64,000 nt of DNA, from contig CBDCLE010000004.1 of NCBI GenBank assembly GCA_965218585.1, positions 128,001 through 192,000 of the forward strand, given 5' to 3'. This DNA is from Terriglobia bacterium (GTDB lineage: Bacteria > Acidobacteriota > Terriglobia > 20CM-2-55-15). This document shows, piece after piece, positions 23,480 through 38,514 of the stretch; the stretch's first letter is position 1; every line of letters begins with the position of its first letter. The position numbers and the translations under genes are program-made. The notes under the pieces were generated by a model. That model worked only from the letters and a program-made list of their open reading frames with translations. It had not been told where the DNA came from and ran no database searches.

Positions 23480-24510
23480 CGTCGGGCGTGCGGGAACACC
23501 ACCTGTGGACGAGAAACTCCGGTGCGTGTAGGCTCACGGGAACCCGGGAGGCGCGACCGGAATCGTATTGGTGCCCTAGAGAGCCCGCCAAGAAACATGG
23601 TCCGGGGGTGGCTGCGGACTTGTCATTGGTGACGCCCATTGGGCGATCCCGTATAGGAAAGTGATCGTTACCGCCCATCCCTGCTCCCGGGAATTAGACA
23701 TACCCGGAGGAACGATGAGCAGAGACAGTAACAAGCAGGGGAAGCGAAGGGGAAAGAAGTTATCGACTGTGAATCCTACGGCAGCGGGATTGGATGTGGG
23801 CTCGACCTTTCACGTCGTTGCGGTTCCACCGGAGCTGGACGATGAACCGGTGCGTACGTTTCAGAGCTTTACGTCGGATCTGCACGCTCTGGCCGACTGG
23901 CTCCATGAGGTTGGGATTACCACGGTCGCGATGGAGTCGACCGGCGTGTACTGGATTCCGGTGTTCGAGATTCTCGAGCAATCCGGTTTCGAGGTGTCGC
24001 TGGTCAACGCCCGGCATGTGAAGAACGTGCCCGGGCGCAAGACCGACGTGAATGATGCCCAGTGGCTCCAGCAGCTGCACTCCTACGGGTTGCTGCGGGC
24101 GAGCTTTTGTCCCCGGGATGCGATCGTCGGGCTCCGGGCCTACCTGCGGCACCGGGAGCGTCTGGTGGATTATGCGGCATCGCACATCCAGCACATGCAG
24201 AAGGCGCTGATGCAGATGAACGCGCAACTGCACCATGTGGTCACCCATATTACGGGTGTGACTGGCATGAAGATCATCCGGGCGATTGTCGGGGGAAATC
24301 AGGACCCCGCGGCTCTGGCCGAATTCCGGGATTCCCGCTGCAAGGCTTCCAAAAATACGATCCGTGAAGCGCTCACCGGAAACTACCGTGAAGAGCATGT
24401 CTTCGCTCTGGCCCAGTCTCTCGATATCTATGAGTTCCACCAAGCCAAGATCGCCGAGTGCGACGAACAAATCGAGGCCGTCCTCGACACACTCAACGCC
24501 GACCGGCAGG
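23480..24510 (+). mobile_element. IS110-family element (5' non-coding end plus truncated recombinase from 23715)
   Basis: AGLDVGS, VAMESTGVYWIP, PGRKTDVNDAQW; C-terminal catalytic Ser domain lost; fused in frame to an IS1182 tail. Confidence 0.88.
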
Positions 24511-24912
24511 CGCCGGCCAGGCATCCGGCGAAGGCCCGCATGGCCAGGAAGCTGGCGACCTCGCCGGGACGGGCGCAGTACGCCCGACGCAAATGGCTGT
24601 CGGAGGCGCCCAACGGGTGGATCAAGGAAGTGCTCGGCTTCCGCCGATTCAGCCTGCGCGGCCTGCACAAGGTCCAGGGCGAGTGGGACTTGGTGTGTCT
24701 GGCATTGAACGTCAAGCGGTTGCGGGGGCTTCAGGCAGCCTGATGACAGGCATACCGCCCGCAAATCAGGCCGAACGAGGGCCGATTCAAGCACCTGTGG
24801 CGCACCCAGCGGCGCGTCGTCGTCCAAAACGCCCATTCCCCGGTCACCGATGCCGATTGATCGCCATCTCGCGTAATCCGCCGAGTCGAAAATCCTCCTA
24901 CGGCGCAGACTC
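24511..24912 (+). mobile_element. IS1182-family 3' fragment with right end
   Basis: Near-identical to ~41597-41997; ends CTACGGCGCAGACTC followed by CTAG. Confidence 0.9.
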
Positions 24913-25140
24913 CTAGGTCCCTGGTAAACGATGTTCCCAGGCAGGTCACGTGCTGACGCTGTAAGCCACTGCAGCTGAGTGTTGCTGGTATTGTTTTATT
25001 TGCTTTAGCCAACTCACACACTCTCCATCGTTTACGACACCAGCTATTTCTCACGCACCGGGACACTACAGGGAACGATGCTCTGGCAACATATTTAGTT
25101 TAGAATAGCCGCCATCCGCATCATAGAGTATAATTATAGT

Positions 25141-25371
25141 ATGAAAATGAAGACATCTATCACACTTGAGAAGGAAGTGGTGACAGCCGTTGAAGAGGCG
25201 GCGCGCGAAGGAGAAAGCCGATCCCAAGTGATTGAACGGTTGCTTCGTCAAAGTTTAGCCACGCGAGAACGAGCAGCGATCGACAAGCGCGACCGCGCCG
25301 CCATTAACGCGCACGCCGATGAACTCAATGAAGAAGCGATCGATGTTCTCGGTTATCAGGTGAAAGCGTGA
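25141..25371 (+). CDS. RHH/CopG antitoxin (MazE-type partner), probably leaderless
   Basis: [14 protein letters not shown]...[11 protein letters not shown]; TATAAT at 25129 within the palindrome TATAATTATA, 6 nt before the ATG; GTGA overlap with the toxin. Confidence 0.85.
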   Translation: MKMKTSITLEKEVVTAVEEAAREGESRSQVIERLLRQSLATRERAAIDKRDRAAINAHADELNEEAIDVLGYQVKA

Positions 25372-25730
25372 GACGGGGTGAACTCTACCGGGTTGCGAGG
25401 CCGCGATCTCATGATCCGAAGCGCTTTCGCGTGTTCGTCATAGTTAGCCGGCAGGCGCTAATCGATTCGCGGTTCTCGACAGTCATCTGTGCACCGGTGT
25501 ACTCGGCTCGCCACGGACTCGCCACGCAAGTCGATATCGGACTGAACGAAGGACTCCGTCATGAAAGTAGCGTGCATTGCGACGAGCTTGTCAGTTTGCG
25601 TAAATCGCAGTTGACTCAGTTTGTCGGGAGCCTCGATGCCACCAAGCTCCAGCGCCTCGACAATGCACTGATGGTTGCCCTCGGACTGCTCCGCGAGACT
25701 CCTTTGCACGAGCGTGATCTTCACAGTTGA
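25368..25730 (+). CDS. mazF: PemK/MazF-family endoribonuclease toxin
   Basis: [43 protein letters not shown]...VGSL. Confidence 0.88.
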   Translation: MRRGELYRVARPRSHDPKRFRVFVIVSRQALIDSRFSTVICAPVYSARHGLATQVDIGLNEGLRHESSVHCDELVSLRKSQLTQFVGSLDATKLQRLDNALMVALGLLRETPLHERDLHS

Positions 25731-26167
25731 GTCAAGTGTTGGGTCAAGCGTCAGTAGGGTAGTTCAGTTATCTTGGTCAGCGGTTACGCGGCTGGGGCGA
25801 CGCGTCCGGCGCTGGATCGCGCCGGACAATCTCAAGATGCGGTCGGCTGTGTCTCGCTGCATGGAACTAATTAGGCGCACAACGTAACTTTCCGGATCAG
25901 CTAAACCGCGATACTGATTCTGATCCTTGCCGCAGCGATAATCCCGGTCGTTGCAGTTCGCATTTTGTTGAGAAAATAGGGTATTGGGCAGATCGGTTCG
26001 ATTTTGCACGATAAGCGTAGCGTTTCCGACGAGCGTTGAGGTGCCGATAGAGCGTCGAGAGTCGCCCCGGCTAAGCCGGGGCTTACCAATTGAGTTGTCC
26101 ATTTGCTGCGTCAAGCGCCCTTAGCGCCGCACCGTGCAATGTTTGCCAATGGAGGAGAGACCCCTGT

Positions 26168-29794
<3,627 letters not shown>

Positions 29795-29795
<1 letters not shown>

Positions 29796-32506
29796 TGGCG
29801 CTCCATCCCAACTTCCCCGAATCGCCTTATGCCATCCTCGACCCGTCTATCCGTTGGTTTCCGGCGGATGAAGCCCTGCGGGAATCCAGCTCCGAGAAGC
29901 TGATGCCGCCGCTGGTGCCGCAACTGCGCAAGAAAGTGAAGGAATGGCGGGACAGCGGCTACGTGGGGGCGACCGACACCAGCAAGAGCCTGCTCAACTG
30001 GTGGTTCAACACGCCACACATGCTCCCCCAAACCGACGGCACCATGACCGAGTTCCAGTATTACTTTGCGCAGCGCGAGGCGCTGGAGACTATCGTCTAT
30101 CTTTATGACGTGGTGGGCGTGCAGGACAAGTACGACCTGATGCGTTTCGACAGTAGCGGAGCGGTCTCCACGGGCATGTTTGACGAGACCTGGCGACGCT
30201 TTGTAGTGAAAATGGCGACCGGCACAGGCAAGACCAAGCTGCTAAGCCTGGCGCTGGCCTGGAGTTTCTTCCACAAGCTGTATGAGCCGGAGTCGGAGCT
30301 GTCCCGCAACTTCCTGGTGATTGCGCCCAACATCATTGTGCTGGATCGCATCTACAAAGATTTCAGTGGTCTGCGCATCTTCTTCGCGGACCCGGTGCTG
30401 CCGGACAACGGCGTGGACGGGCGCAACTGGCGCGACGATTTTCAGCTGACCCTGCACCGGCAGGACGAGGTTCGCATCACACGGCCCACCGGCAACATCT
30501 TTTTGACCAACATCCACCGCGTCTATGCCGGGGACGATACTCCCGCAGCGCCCGATGATGAAGACACGATGGATTACTTTCTGGGCAAGCGGCCCACTGG
30601 CGCAACCATCGACTCCAAAGTGGATTTGGGCATGATCGTGCGCGACATTGATGAACTGATGGTATTGAACGACGAGGCCCACCATATTCACGACCCGCGC
30701 ATGGCTTGGTTCAAATCCATCGAAGACATCCACAACCGCTTGAATCAAAAAGGGTCGGCCCTTTCCCTGCAAGTGGACGTGACCGCTACGCCCAAGCACA
30801 ACAACGGCGCGATTTTCGTGCAGACCATCGCCGATTACCCGCTGGTGGAAGCTATCTCGCAAAACGTGGTCAAGCATCCGGTGCTGCCCGACGCCGCCAG
30901 TCGCGCCAAGTTGACGGAACAGAAGAGCGCAAAGTACACCGAGAAATACGCCGACTACATTCACCTGGGCGTAATCGAGTGGCGCAAAGCGTATGCCGAG
31001 CACGAAAAACTGGGCAAGAAAACCATCTTGTTCGTGATGACCGATGACACTCGCAACTGCGACGACGTAGCCAAATACCTAGAAGGCCACTACCCCGATC
31101 TGAAAGACGCTGTGCTGGTCATCCATACAAAGAGAAACGGCGAGATCTCCGAATCAACGTCAGGCAAGAACAAAGAAGATTTGGAGAAGCTGCGCGATCA
31201 AGCCAACTCGATTGACGGGCTGGACAGCCCCTACAAGGCGATCATCTCGGTGATGGTGCTGAAAGAAGGTTGGGACGTGCGGAACGTCACCACCATAGTG
31301 GGGCTACGAGCGTATTCGGCCCCCAGCAACATCCTGCCTGAACAGACTCTAGGGCGCGGCCTGCGGAAAATGTACCCCGGAGGCCCGGAGGAATATGTCA
31401 GCGTGGTGGGCACGGATGCCTTCATGGATTTCGTAGAATCCATTCAGGCGGAAGGAGTGGTGCTGGAACACAAGCCGATGGGCGAGGGCACCGGGGCAAA
31501 GACCCCGCTGGTGGTGGAGATTGACAAGGAAAACGACAAAAAAGACATTGGCGCGCTGGATATTGAAATCCCCGTGCTTACGCCGCGCGCCTATCGGGAA
31601 TACAAGAACCTGGGCGAGCTGAACGCGAGCGCCTTGGGGCATCAGCGCGTGGCCTACCAATATTTCAGCGAGGAAGAACAACGGGAGATCGTCTTCAAGG
31701 ACATCACTACCGGCGAGATGGCGCATACCACTATTCTCGACACGGCGGGCATTGCCGATTACCGCAGTGTGATCGGCTACTTCGCGCAGACCCTGATGAA
31801 GGACTTGCGGCTGGTCAGCGGTTACGACGTGCTGTATGGAAAGGTCAAAGCGTTTGTGCAAGAACAGTTGTTTGACCGTCCTGTGAATCTAGAGACCGCC
31901 AACACCCTGCGCAACTTGTCGGAACTGGCCGCGACCAAAACCCTGATAGAAACATTCAAGAAGGCGATCAACGCGCTCACCGTGCGGGACAAAGGCGACG
32001 CCGAAATTCGGGGCACCATCAAACTGCGGCAGACACGCCCCTTCGTAGCCAAAGATCAGGGCTACCTTATTCCGAAAAAGAGCGTCTTTAACAAGATCAT
32101 TGGGGACAGCCGTTTTGAACTGCTGTTTGCCCGCTTCCTGGAAGATTGCAGTGACGTGGTTTCCTACGCCAAAAATTATCTGGCGGTACGCTTCAAACTG
32201 GATTACGTGAACGCTGATGGTGACATCTCCAACTACTACCCGGATTTTCTGGTCAAGCTGTCCTCCAAGCGGATTTTCATTGTGGAAACCAAAGGCCAGG
32301 AAGAAATTGACGTTCCGCTGAAGATGCAACGGCTACAGCAATGGTGCGAAGACATTAACCGAGCACAGGCGGCCACGGAATACGACTTTGCTTACGTGGA
32401 CGAGGAGAGCTTTGAGAAATACAAGCCTGCCTCATTCAAACAATTGGTCGCAGGCTTCAGAGAATACAAAGGGGAAGTTCTCCCTGCACGGTCCGGTACT
32501 GATTGA
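29795..32506 (+). CDS. res: Type III restriction endonuclease subunit Res
   Basis: KMATGTGKT, LNDEAHH, VLKEGWDV, EQTLGRGLR, C-terminal YYPDFLV...IVETKG PD-(D/E)xK nuclease. Confidence 0.92.
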
Positions 32507-32828
32507 TGGAGTGAACTTGGGAAAGTTTCGAGCCAAGCGGAGATTGGAGGAATTGGAATTTGATCTCGTCCGTGATCTCACGCAGTAGTGCCTCAGCGGT
32601 TCGGGCCATGCTCCTTCTCAGGTCCGCGCTTCCGGCCCGGCTGGCGCATCAGTTCCAGCACCCGCGCAACGTCGCCGCCAGCTTGTCAGAACGGTTCTCC
32701 GAGCCATTCTCATTCGTTCGACGTATGCAAGACATAGAATCAGACATGGGATAAGACACACGGAGGCGCTCGCAGGAAGGCGCCATCCCCATCTGGCGCT
32801 GAGAGAGGATTCTGAAGCCGGGAGAAAG

Positions 32829-33521
32829 ATGCAACCCATGAAGGCAAAGGAGGCTGCCGATCGGATCCTTGACCACGTCTACGGGAATGTAGACGCATTC
32901 AGGGCAAGACCGCTGCGGAAAGCGGAACAATTCGCTGCGGCAGGACTCATGCGGTGCTGCGGGTTGCTGAAGGGCATTCTAGTACTCGACGAGGCCAGAA
33001 TGCCAGCGCTGGCAGGCATGCTCGTTCGGCAGCACTGGGAAGCCTGGCTCGTATCGCTCTACGTTCTCTTGGGTGGAGACAAAGCTCTGGAAGAAATCCG
33101 TGATGACCACATTCAACGGAGCCACCAGCTATGCGAGTCGCTCCGGATGGAAGGAGATCACCATCATCCGGACTCTGTTAAGAATCAGAAGAAATTGAAC
33201 TACTGGGAAATGCACAAACGCGTGATCGAGCTACTCCGCGAACAAGGAGAATCGGTCGATGGTCCAGCAGGAGTCACTGGTTATGATGTGATCTACCGCT
33301 CCGAGTCGCTTTTTTCGACCCATGCGAACGTGTTTACGATCGGCAGACATCTGGTTTGCGGAGACGATGAGTGGGCAGTCTCTGTGGACTCATCGGAAAC
33401 ACGGGGAGACGATGTCGCATCTGCGCCGGTGATTTACACAAGGGATCTGGCTCAGCGTGTCTTCAAGGAGTTCGGCCTGGATGGCAATGCGATGGCTTCT
33501 TTCGTCGCTGATTTCGCGTAG
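32829..33521 (+). CDS. DUF5677/HEPN-like alpha-helical protein
   Basis: A..LVRQHWEA and Y..IYR.ES..STHAN patterns; flanked by 25-bp direct repeats. Confidence 0.5.
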   Translation: MQPMKAKEAADRILDHVYGNVDAFRARPLRKAEQFAAAGLMRCCGLLKGILVLDEARMPALAGMLVRQHWEAWLVSLYVLLGGDKALEEIRDDHIQRSHQLCESLRMEGDHHHPDSVKNQKKLNYWEMHKRVIELLREQGESVDGPAGVTGYDVIYRSESLFSTHANVFTIGRHLVCGDDEWAVSVDSSETRGDDVASAPVIYTRDLAQRVFKEFGLDGNAMASFVADFA

Positions 33522-33586
33522 TGCTGGCACGTGCTCAGTCCGCGAATGGCGCTGAGAGACGATTCTGAAGCTGGGGAAAACCCCTT

Positions 33587-33817
33587 TTACGGTGAAAACC
33601 GGAGGAGTTCGCTGACGACCAAACGGTCGCCGCGCTGGAGGACGTTTATCAGCGCGTCGAGGCGGCGGCGCTTTTCGGAAGCCTGTCCAGAGGCGGTCGC
33701 CTCGATGAAATCGTCGATGCGGAAGTCGTGTTTGTGTGCGTACTCGAGGATGGCGAGACGCTGGCTGCGCACGTCCTGCTGCGCGGTCGAGACCCTCAAA
33801 TAGGCAACGGTTTTCAC
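33587..33817 (-). pseudogene. Serine recombinase (resolvase), C-terminally truncated, with an upstream res-like region
   Basis: VAYLRVSTAQQD...GDRLVVSEL then abrupt stop; palindrome CATGGAA..TTCCATG at ~33868-33890. Confidence 0.85.
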
Positions 33818-34357
33818 GGCCTGACCAAGGAATACGTCTTCTGGTGTTTTATCTAACAGATACGAAACATGGAATGCGTTACGTTCCATGCTACTAAACT
33901 GTTAGGTCGAGACGGGCGTTTGTTCCTGACAGAACCCTGCCGGTCTCCGACCCCGACGCCTCTCGCCTCCGTCTGATTCGTGATGCCAGCTTTCTGGAAG
34001 CCGATCGACGCGAGATCGCCCTGCGGCGGGGCCGCCACAATCGATTGGTCGGCCACATTCACGAGCACCAGGTCGTGTACCGCCGCTGATTTCATGGCGA
34101 GAGTGAACCCACCATAATCAGACCGCTGCGGCGACAGCAAGGTGTTGTCGCGCCTGAACCGGGGATTGAAATCCGAGGCGCAGGATCAGCGCGTGCATGG
34201 AAGGGGCAGATTCAGAAGCAGAGAATGCCCACAGCAAGGGGATACCGTCCCCGGAATATCCGTCACATGCTGTCCGAAGCTGCGGGTGGGAACTTGCGCC
34301 TGGCGCACAAAGAAGCGGTTTTGCGACGATCTGGCAAAGGATATAATCCTCGAATCT

Positions 34358-35713
34358 ATGGAACAGGCTAACGGACAATCCGAACCGGCCAGTGCCGGCG
34401 ACCTGACGCTACGGCGCAGCATCGGCCTATGGCAGATGACGCTCTACGCGGCCGGCAGCATGCTGGGCGCCGGCATTTACGGCCTGATTGGGCAAGTTGC
34501 AGGCGAGATGGGTTCGGCGATCTGGCTTGCCTTTTTGCTATCGCTGGTAGCGGCAGGGTTGACAGGATTATCGTATGCCTCGCTCGGGTCACGCTATCCG
34601 CGCGCGGGTGGCGCCGCCTATATCACGCAGCGCGCCTATCGTCGTCGCCTGCTCACCCATGTCGTCGGTCTCACTTTAGCCTGCTCGGGCTTCACCTCGA
34701 TTGCCGCCGGCGCACGCGTGGTGGGCGAGAATCTGCAAGCCCTGCCCGGCCTTGAGGGCCTGCCCACCGGCATGCTGGCGTTCATCTATCTCGCCATCGT
34801 CGGCGGGATTGTCTATCGCGGCATTCGCGAATCGATGTGGGTCAATGTCGGCTGTACGCTGGTGGAAGCGGGGGGATTGCTGTTTGTGATCGCGGTCGGC
34901 CTGCGCTTCTGGGGTTCGGCGAATTTGTTGGAATTCCCGGTGGGCTCGGAAACCGAAGCTGGCCTTCCCCTGGTGCTGCTGGTGCAGGGCGTCGTGCTCA
35001 CCTTCTACGCCTTCCTTGGCTTCGAGGATTCGATCAACATTGCCGAGGAGTTGAAGAATCCACGGCGCGACCTGCCGTTCGGTCTGGTGATGGCGCTGGT
35101 GCTGACCGTCATCATCTATATGAGTGTGGCAATCACCGCCGTCTCGGTGGTGCCCTGGCAGCAATTGGCCGAAGCCAATGCGCCGCTGGCCGAAGTCATG
35201 ACGCGCGCCGCGCCCTGGCTTCCGGCCTGGGTGTTCATCGCTATTACCATCTTTGCGGTCGCCAATACCGGGCTGATCAATTACGTCACCGCTTCGCGCC
35301 TCTTATACGGCATGGCCCGCGACAGGCATCTGCCGCTCTCTCTCTCCCGCATCCATCCGGTGCGGCGCACGCCCTATGTCGCCATTGGGCTGATCTTCGT
35401 GGTGATCGTGATTCTGATCCTGTCGGGCGACATCTCACAATTGGCCTCGGCCACGGTATTACTGCTGCTTTTGGTGTTCTCCGTGGTGAACAGCGCACTC
35501 GTCATCCTCAAGCTGCGCCCCGGCGAACCTGAGGGCGCATTCGAGCTACCCCTTGCGGTGCCTGCGCTCGGCGCCGTGGTCTGTGTTGCGCTGTTCCTGG
35601 CGCGGGCCGGGGCCGGCGACTGGCGCGCGCCGGCCATTGCCGGCGTACTGCTGCTGGGAGTCGCCGCGCTCTATCTCTGGATCAGACCGAGGCTCGCCGC
35701 AGAAGAGGGGTAG
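34358..35713 (+). CDS. APC-family amino acid permease
   Basis: GSMLGAGIY, SYASLGSRYPRAGG, FYAFLGFE, AEELKNP.RDLP, SRLLYGMARD; about 12 TM segments. Confidence 0.92.
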   Translation: MEQANGQSEPASAGDLTLRRSIGLWQMTLYAAGSMLGAGIYGLIGQVAGEMGSAIWLAFLLSLVAAGLTGLSYASLGSRYPRAGGAAYITQRAYRRRLLTHVVGLTLACSGFTSIAAGARVVGENLQALPGLEGLPTGMLAFIYLAIVGGIVYRGIRESMWVNVGCTLVEAGGLLFVIAVGLRFWGSANLLEFPVGSETEAGLPLVLLVQGVVLTFYAFLGFEDSINIAEELKNPRRDLPFGLVMALVLTVIIYMSVAITAVSVVPWQQLAEANAPLAEVMTRAAPWLPAWVFIAITIFAVANTGLINYVTASRLLYGMARDRHLPLSLSRIHPVRRTPYVAIGLIFVVIVILILSGDISQLASATVLLLLLVFSVVNSALVILKLRPGEPEGAFELPLAVPALGAVVCVALFLARAGAGDWRAPAIAGVLLLGVAALYLWIRPRLAAEEG

Positions 35714-36195
35714 CGTCGGGAGTTTGCGCCCCGGTCGCTACGAGGACCCGCCGCCGATCGAAACGGCCCGAGCTGGAGCCCTGAGGAGCGTACCCCCGGC
35801 TGCGGGCGTCACGAAGACCCGTCGGCGGTAGTCTTCGCTCTCAGACGCACCGCTCCACCCGGTCGTTGCATCAGACGATGACAGTTCCGGCCTTGCGTGC
35901 TCCTGAATCCACCTGCTCTTATCGCTCCGCCAATCCTATCTGCACCAGAACCCGTCCGTCGTCGCCCGTCGAAGGGACTGACCATGAAGCTGCACTGGGC
36001 CGTCAGATTGTCGAATCCGTAGACGGAGGGCCTGCTGCACTGCATGACTCTCGATCCGTGGTAACCTGATGCTTCAAAACACGTCGACTGACATCGCCGA
36101 TGCGTTTTCGCGCAACGCCGTCGCACAGTTGACGCGTGTGCCCGGGCGACTGACCCGGCCGGCCTGGATGTGCCCGCCCAGTCCTACGTCAAATC

Positions 36196-37128
36196 ATGTC
36201 GAGCGTCGCCAGAAAACACCATTTCGTTCCACAAGGTTACCTCGCCGGGTTTACCGACGAGGGTACGATCGACGGCCGACTCACTGTCTTCGACCTGGTA
36301 TCGCGCAAGACGTTTCGGACGCGGCCACGGAACGTGGCGGCCCAACGCGACTTCAACCGAGTTGACCTCGAAGGCCGTACGGCAGACGTGTTGGAACGAT
36401 CTCTAGGTGAATTCGAGGGGATGGCGATTTCCGCCATCCGTCGCGTTCAGGAGAGCGTAGAGCCGCTCACGGACGATGAACGATCCGAGATCGTCAGTTT
36501 CATGACGCTTCTCATTGCTCGCAATCCGAAGCGTCGTCGAGCGATAAACACCGCCCGGCAACATCAGCGTCGAGTCATCCTGGACATCCTTGCCTCAGAC
36601 AGGGACATGTACGAATACCACCTCGCGATGGCCAAGAGAGACGGGTTCGTTCGTGACGAGGCGGACGTGCCCTTCGAGGAAGCGGAGGCGTTCATCAAGT
36701 CCGGCCGATGCGAAATCGGGATCAGCTCGACTGAGAGCCTGTCGTTGGAACTAGATGGCATTGACAGCATCTTCGAAATGCTGGCGTCGCGTTCATGGTC
36801 GCTGGTGAGAACCGACCCGGAAGGCCCAGACTTGGTAACCTGTGATCACCCTGTGGCGGTGGTGTTCAAGGACCAGAGCGGGTGTGGCCCCATCGGATAT
36901 GGCCTGCCGGGTACTGAGGTGTCGTTCCCACTGGGTCCGAGGTGCGCCGTCATCGGTGTTCTCGAAGATCCCCTTCAGCCGCTGTTCACAGCCAGCGCGG
37001 AGCAAGTGGCGGATCTGAACAGTCGTACGGTGTACTATGCAGATCGTCAGGTCTATTCGAAGACGCCGCGCGCCTTGATTCTCGAACGAGGAGGCGTTGC
37101 GGAGTTCAACCTCGAGCCTCATGGCTGA
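36196..37128 (+). CDS. DUF4238-domain protein
   Basis: RKHHFVPQGYL, LVTCDHPV, FPLGP motifs. Confidence 0.8.
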   Translation: MSSVARKHHFVPQGYLAGFTDEGTIDGRLTVFDLVSRKTFRTRPRNVAAQRDFNRVDLEGRTADVLERSLGEFEGMAISAIRRVQESVEPLTDDERSEIVSFMTLLIARNPKRRRAINTARQHQRRVILDILASDRDMYEYHLAMAKRDGFVRDEADVPFEEAEAFIKSGRCEIGISSTESLSLELDGIDSIFEMLASRSWSLVRTDPEGPDLVTCDHPVAVVFKDQSGCGPIGYGLPGTEVSFPLGPRCAVIGVLEDPLQPLFTASAEQVADLNSRTVYYADRQVYSKTPRALILERGGVAEFNLEPHG

Positions 37129-37654
37129 TTTCGGTAGCGAGCCGCCGACGTTGGGCGGAAACGGCCGTGAACGAGCCTTCTCGGGGAACGGGCACGTTGG
37201 ATCTATGTCGGCTGCGGTGTCGATGTAGACTGCCTGCCATGTCTTCAGCTACTTGAGACGTGTCGAACTCCTCCAGAGCGACGTAAACAGTGAAGTTGCG
37301 TTGCCCTACATCTTAACAGCGGGAGGAGTAGCCGCTGCGGTCCGCGAGTTGGCGAGTCGGCCAATCCAGGTCTTGCCCTGAACCGACATCCAAACGGTCG
37401 ACCCGACATCGTTCCGCTCGCGGCGCCCGAAGTAGCTGCCCAGGAACTCGTTGGGCACCTACCTGAGGAAGCTCCGCATGTGGTAGCCGAGACGATACTC
37501 CCTGTCGGCTCCGGAGAAGGCCTCGAAGGCTGAATCGGTGCGCTAATTTCAGGGCGGACTGTCGGATAATTACTAAACGGCTACAGATGGAGGGGTCATC
37601 GCAAGGTTTGTACCTGAAATTACTCTAAGGAAGAAAAACGGCCGCACATGGGGT

Positions 37655-38305
37655 TCAGTACAGTGCTCTAGCGATCCTGTAAGCCGTTGCCCTGCCAATC
37701 CCGAGCCGTTTGGCAGCCTCGCCGGGCGTCAATCCGGCTTCAATGAGTTTTTGGGCGGCCGAAACGGTGTCCGGGTGAAGCGGGGGGCGACCGGGTCTTT
37801 TACCGCGTCTTTTGGTGGCGGCAATGCCGTCGCGGGTGCGCTCGGAAATCAGACGGCGCTCGAAATGCGCAATGGCGCCGAAGACGTGGAAAACCAGTTC
37901 GCCCGCGGCCGATGTGGTGTCGATTCGTTCTTCGAGGCTGACCAGGTGAATGCGGGCATACAACGCGATGATCTTGTCGTCGAATCCCGGAAATCGCCGT
38001 TGATACTTCCGGATCAGGGCGGGATCGAATCGGCCGTGCCGGTCTCGAGGAATCGACAACATCAGCTCGCCGTCGTCGCTGAGCACCGTCTTCCGGCTTG
38101 AGCCGTTCCGATGGTTGCCAGCTTCTTGCTCGCTCTCCCCACCGAGATGCATATCCATCTCGGCGTTCAGCATCCGCTCGGCCAACGCCTTCTTCAGATC
38201 TCCGACAAGGCCGTCTGAGCGCAAGACCGTTGCAGGATCTTGCCCTTCCAAAAGTTCATCCAGCACCTCGGCGCTGAACCTGGTCTCTTGCTTCTCCTTC
38301 GCCAT
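37655..38305 (-). pseudogene. In-frame chimera: IS256 transposase N-terminus fused to a serine resolvase C-terminus
   Basis: NHRNGSSRK..IPRDRHGRFDP..DDKIIALYAR (IS256) joined at ~37952 to IHLVSLEERIDTTSAAGELVFHVFGAIAHFER..GRPP-HTH; IS256 IR GAGCCTGTCAGGAATTATG ends at 38367. Confidence 0.88.
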
Positions 38306-38514
38306 ACCTGCTCCTTTCCCTTCCGGGAGTCAGTATGGCTCACACATACATAATTCCTGACAGGCTCCGGCGCCCTGTCCCAATTGAACCCCCTCGGCTC
38401 CGCGGTCGGTAACCGACTGATTTTGCTTGTGCAATATTTGTCCATAACAGACTAGTGTTCAACAGGGACAACATCGGATGCCAAGACGCCACATTCTCAC
38501 CGCCGGTGCCTTAG

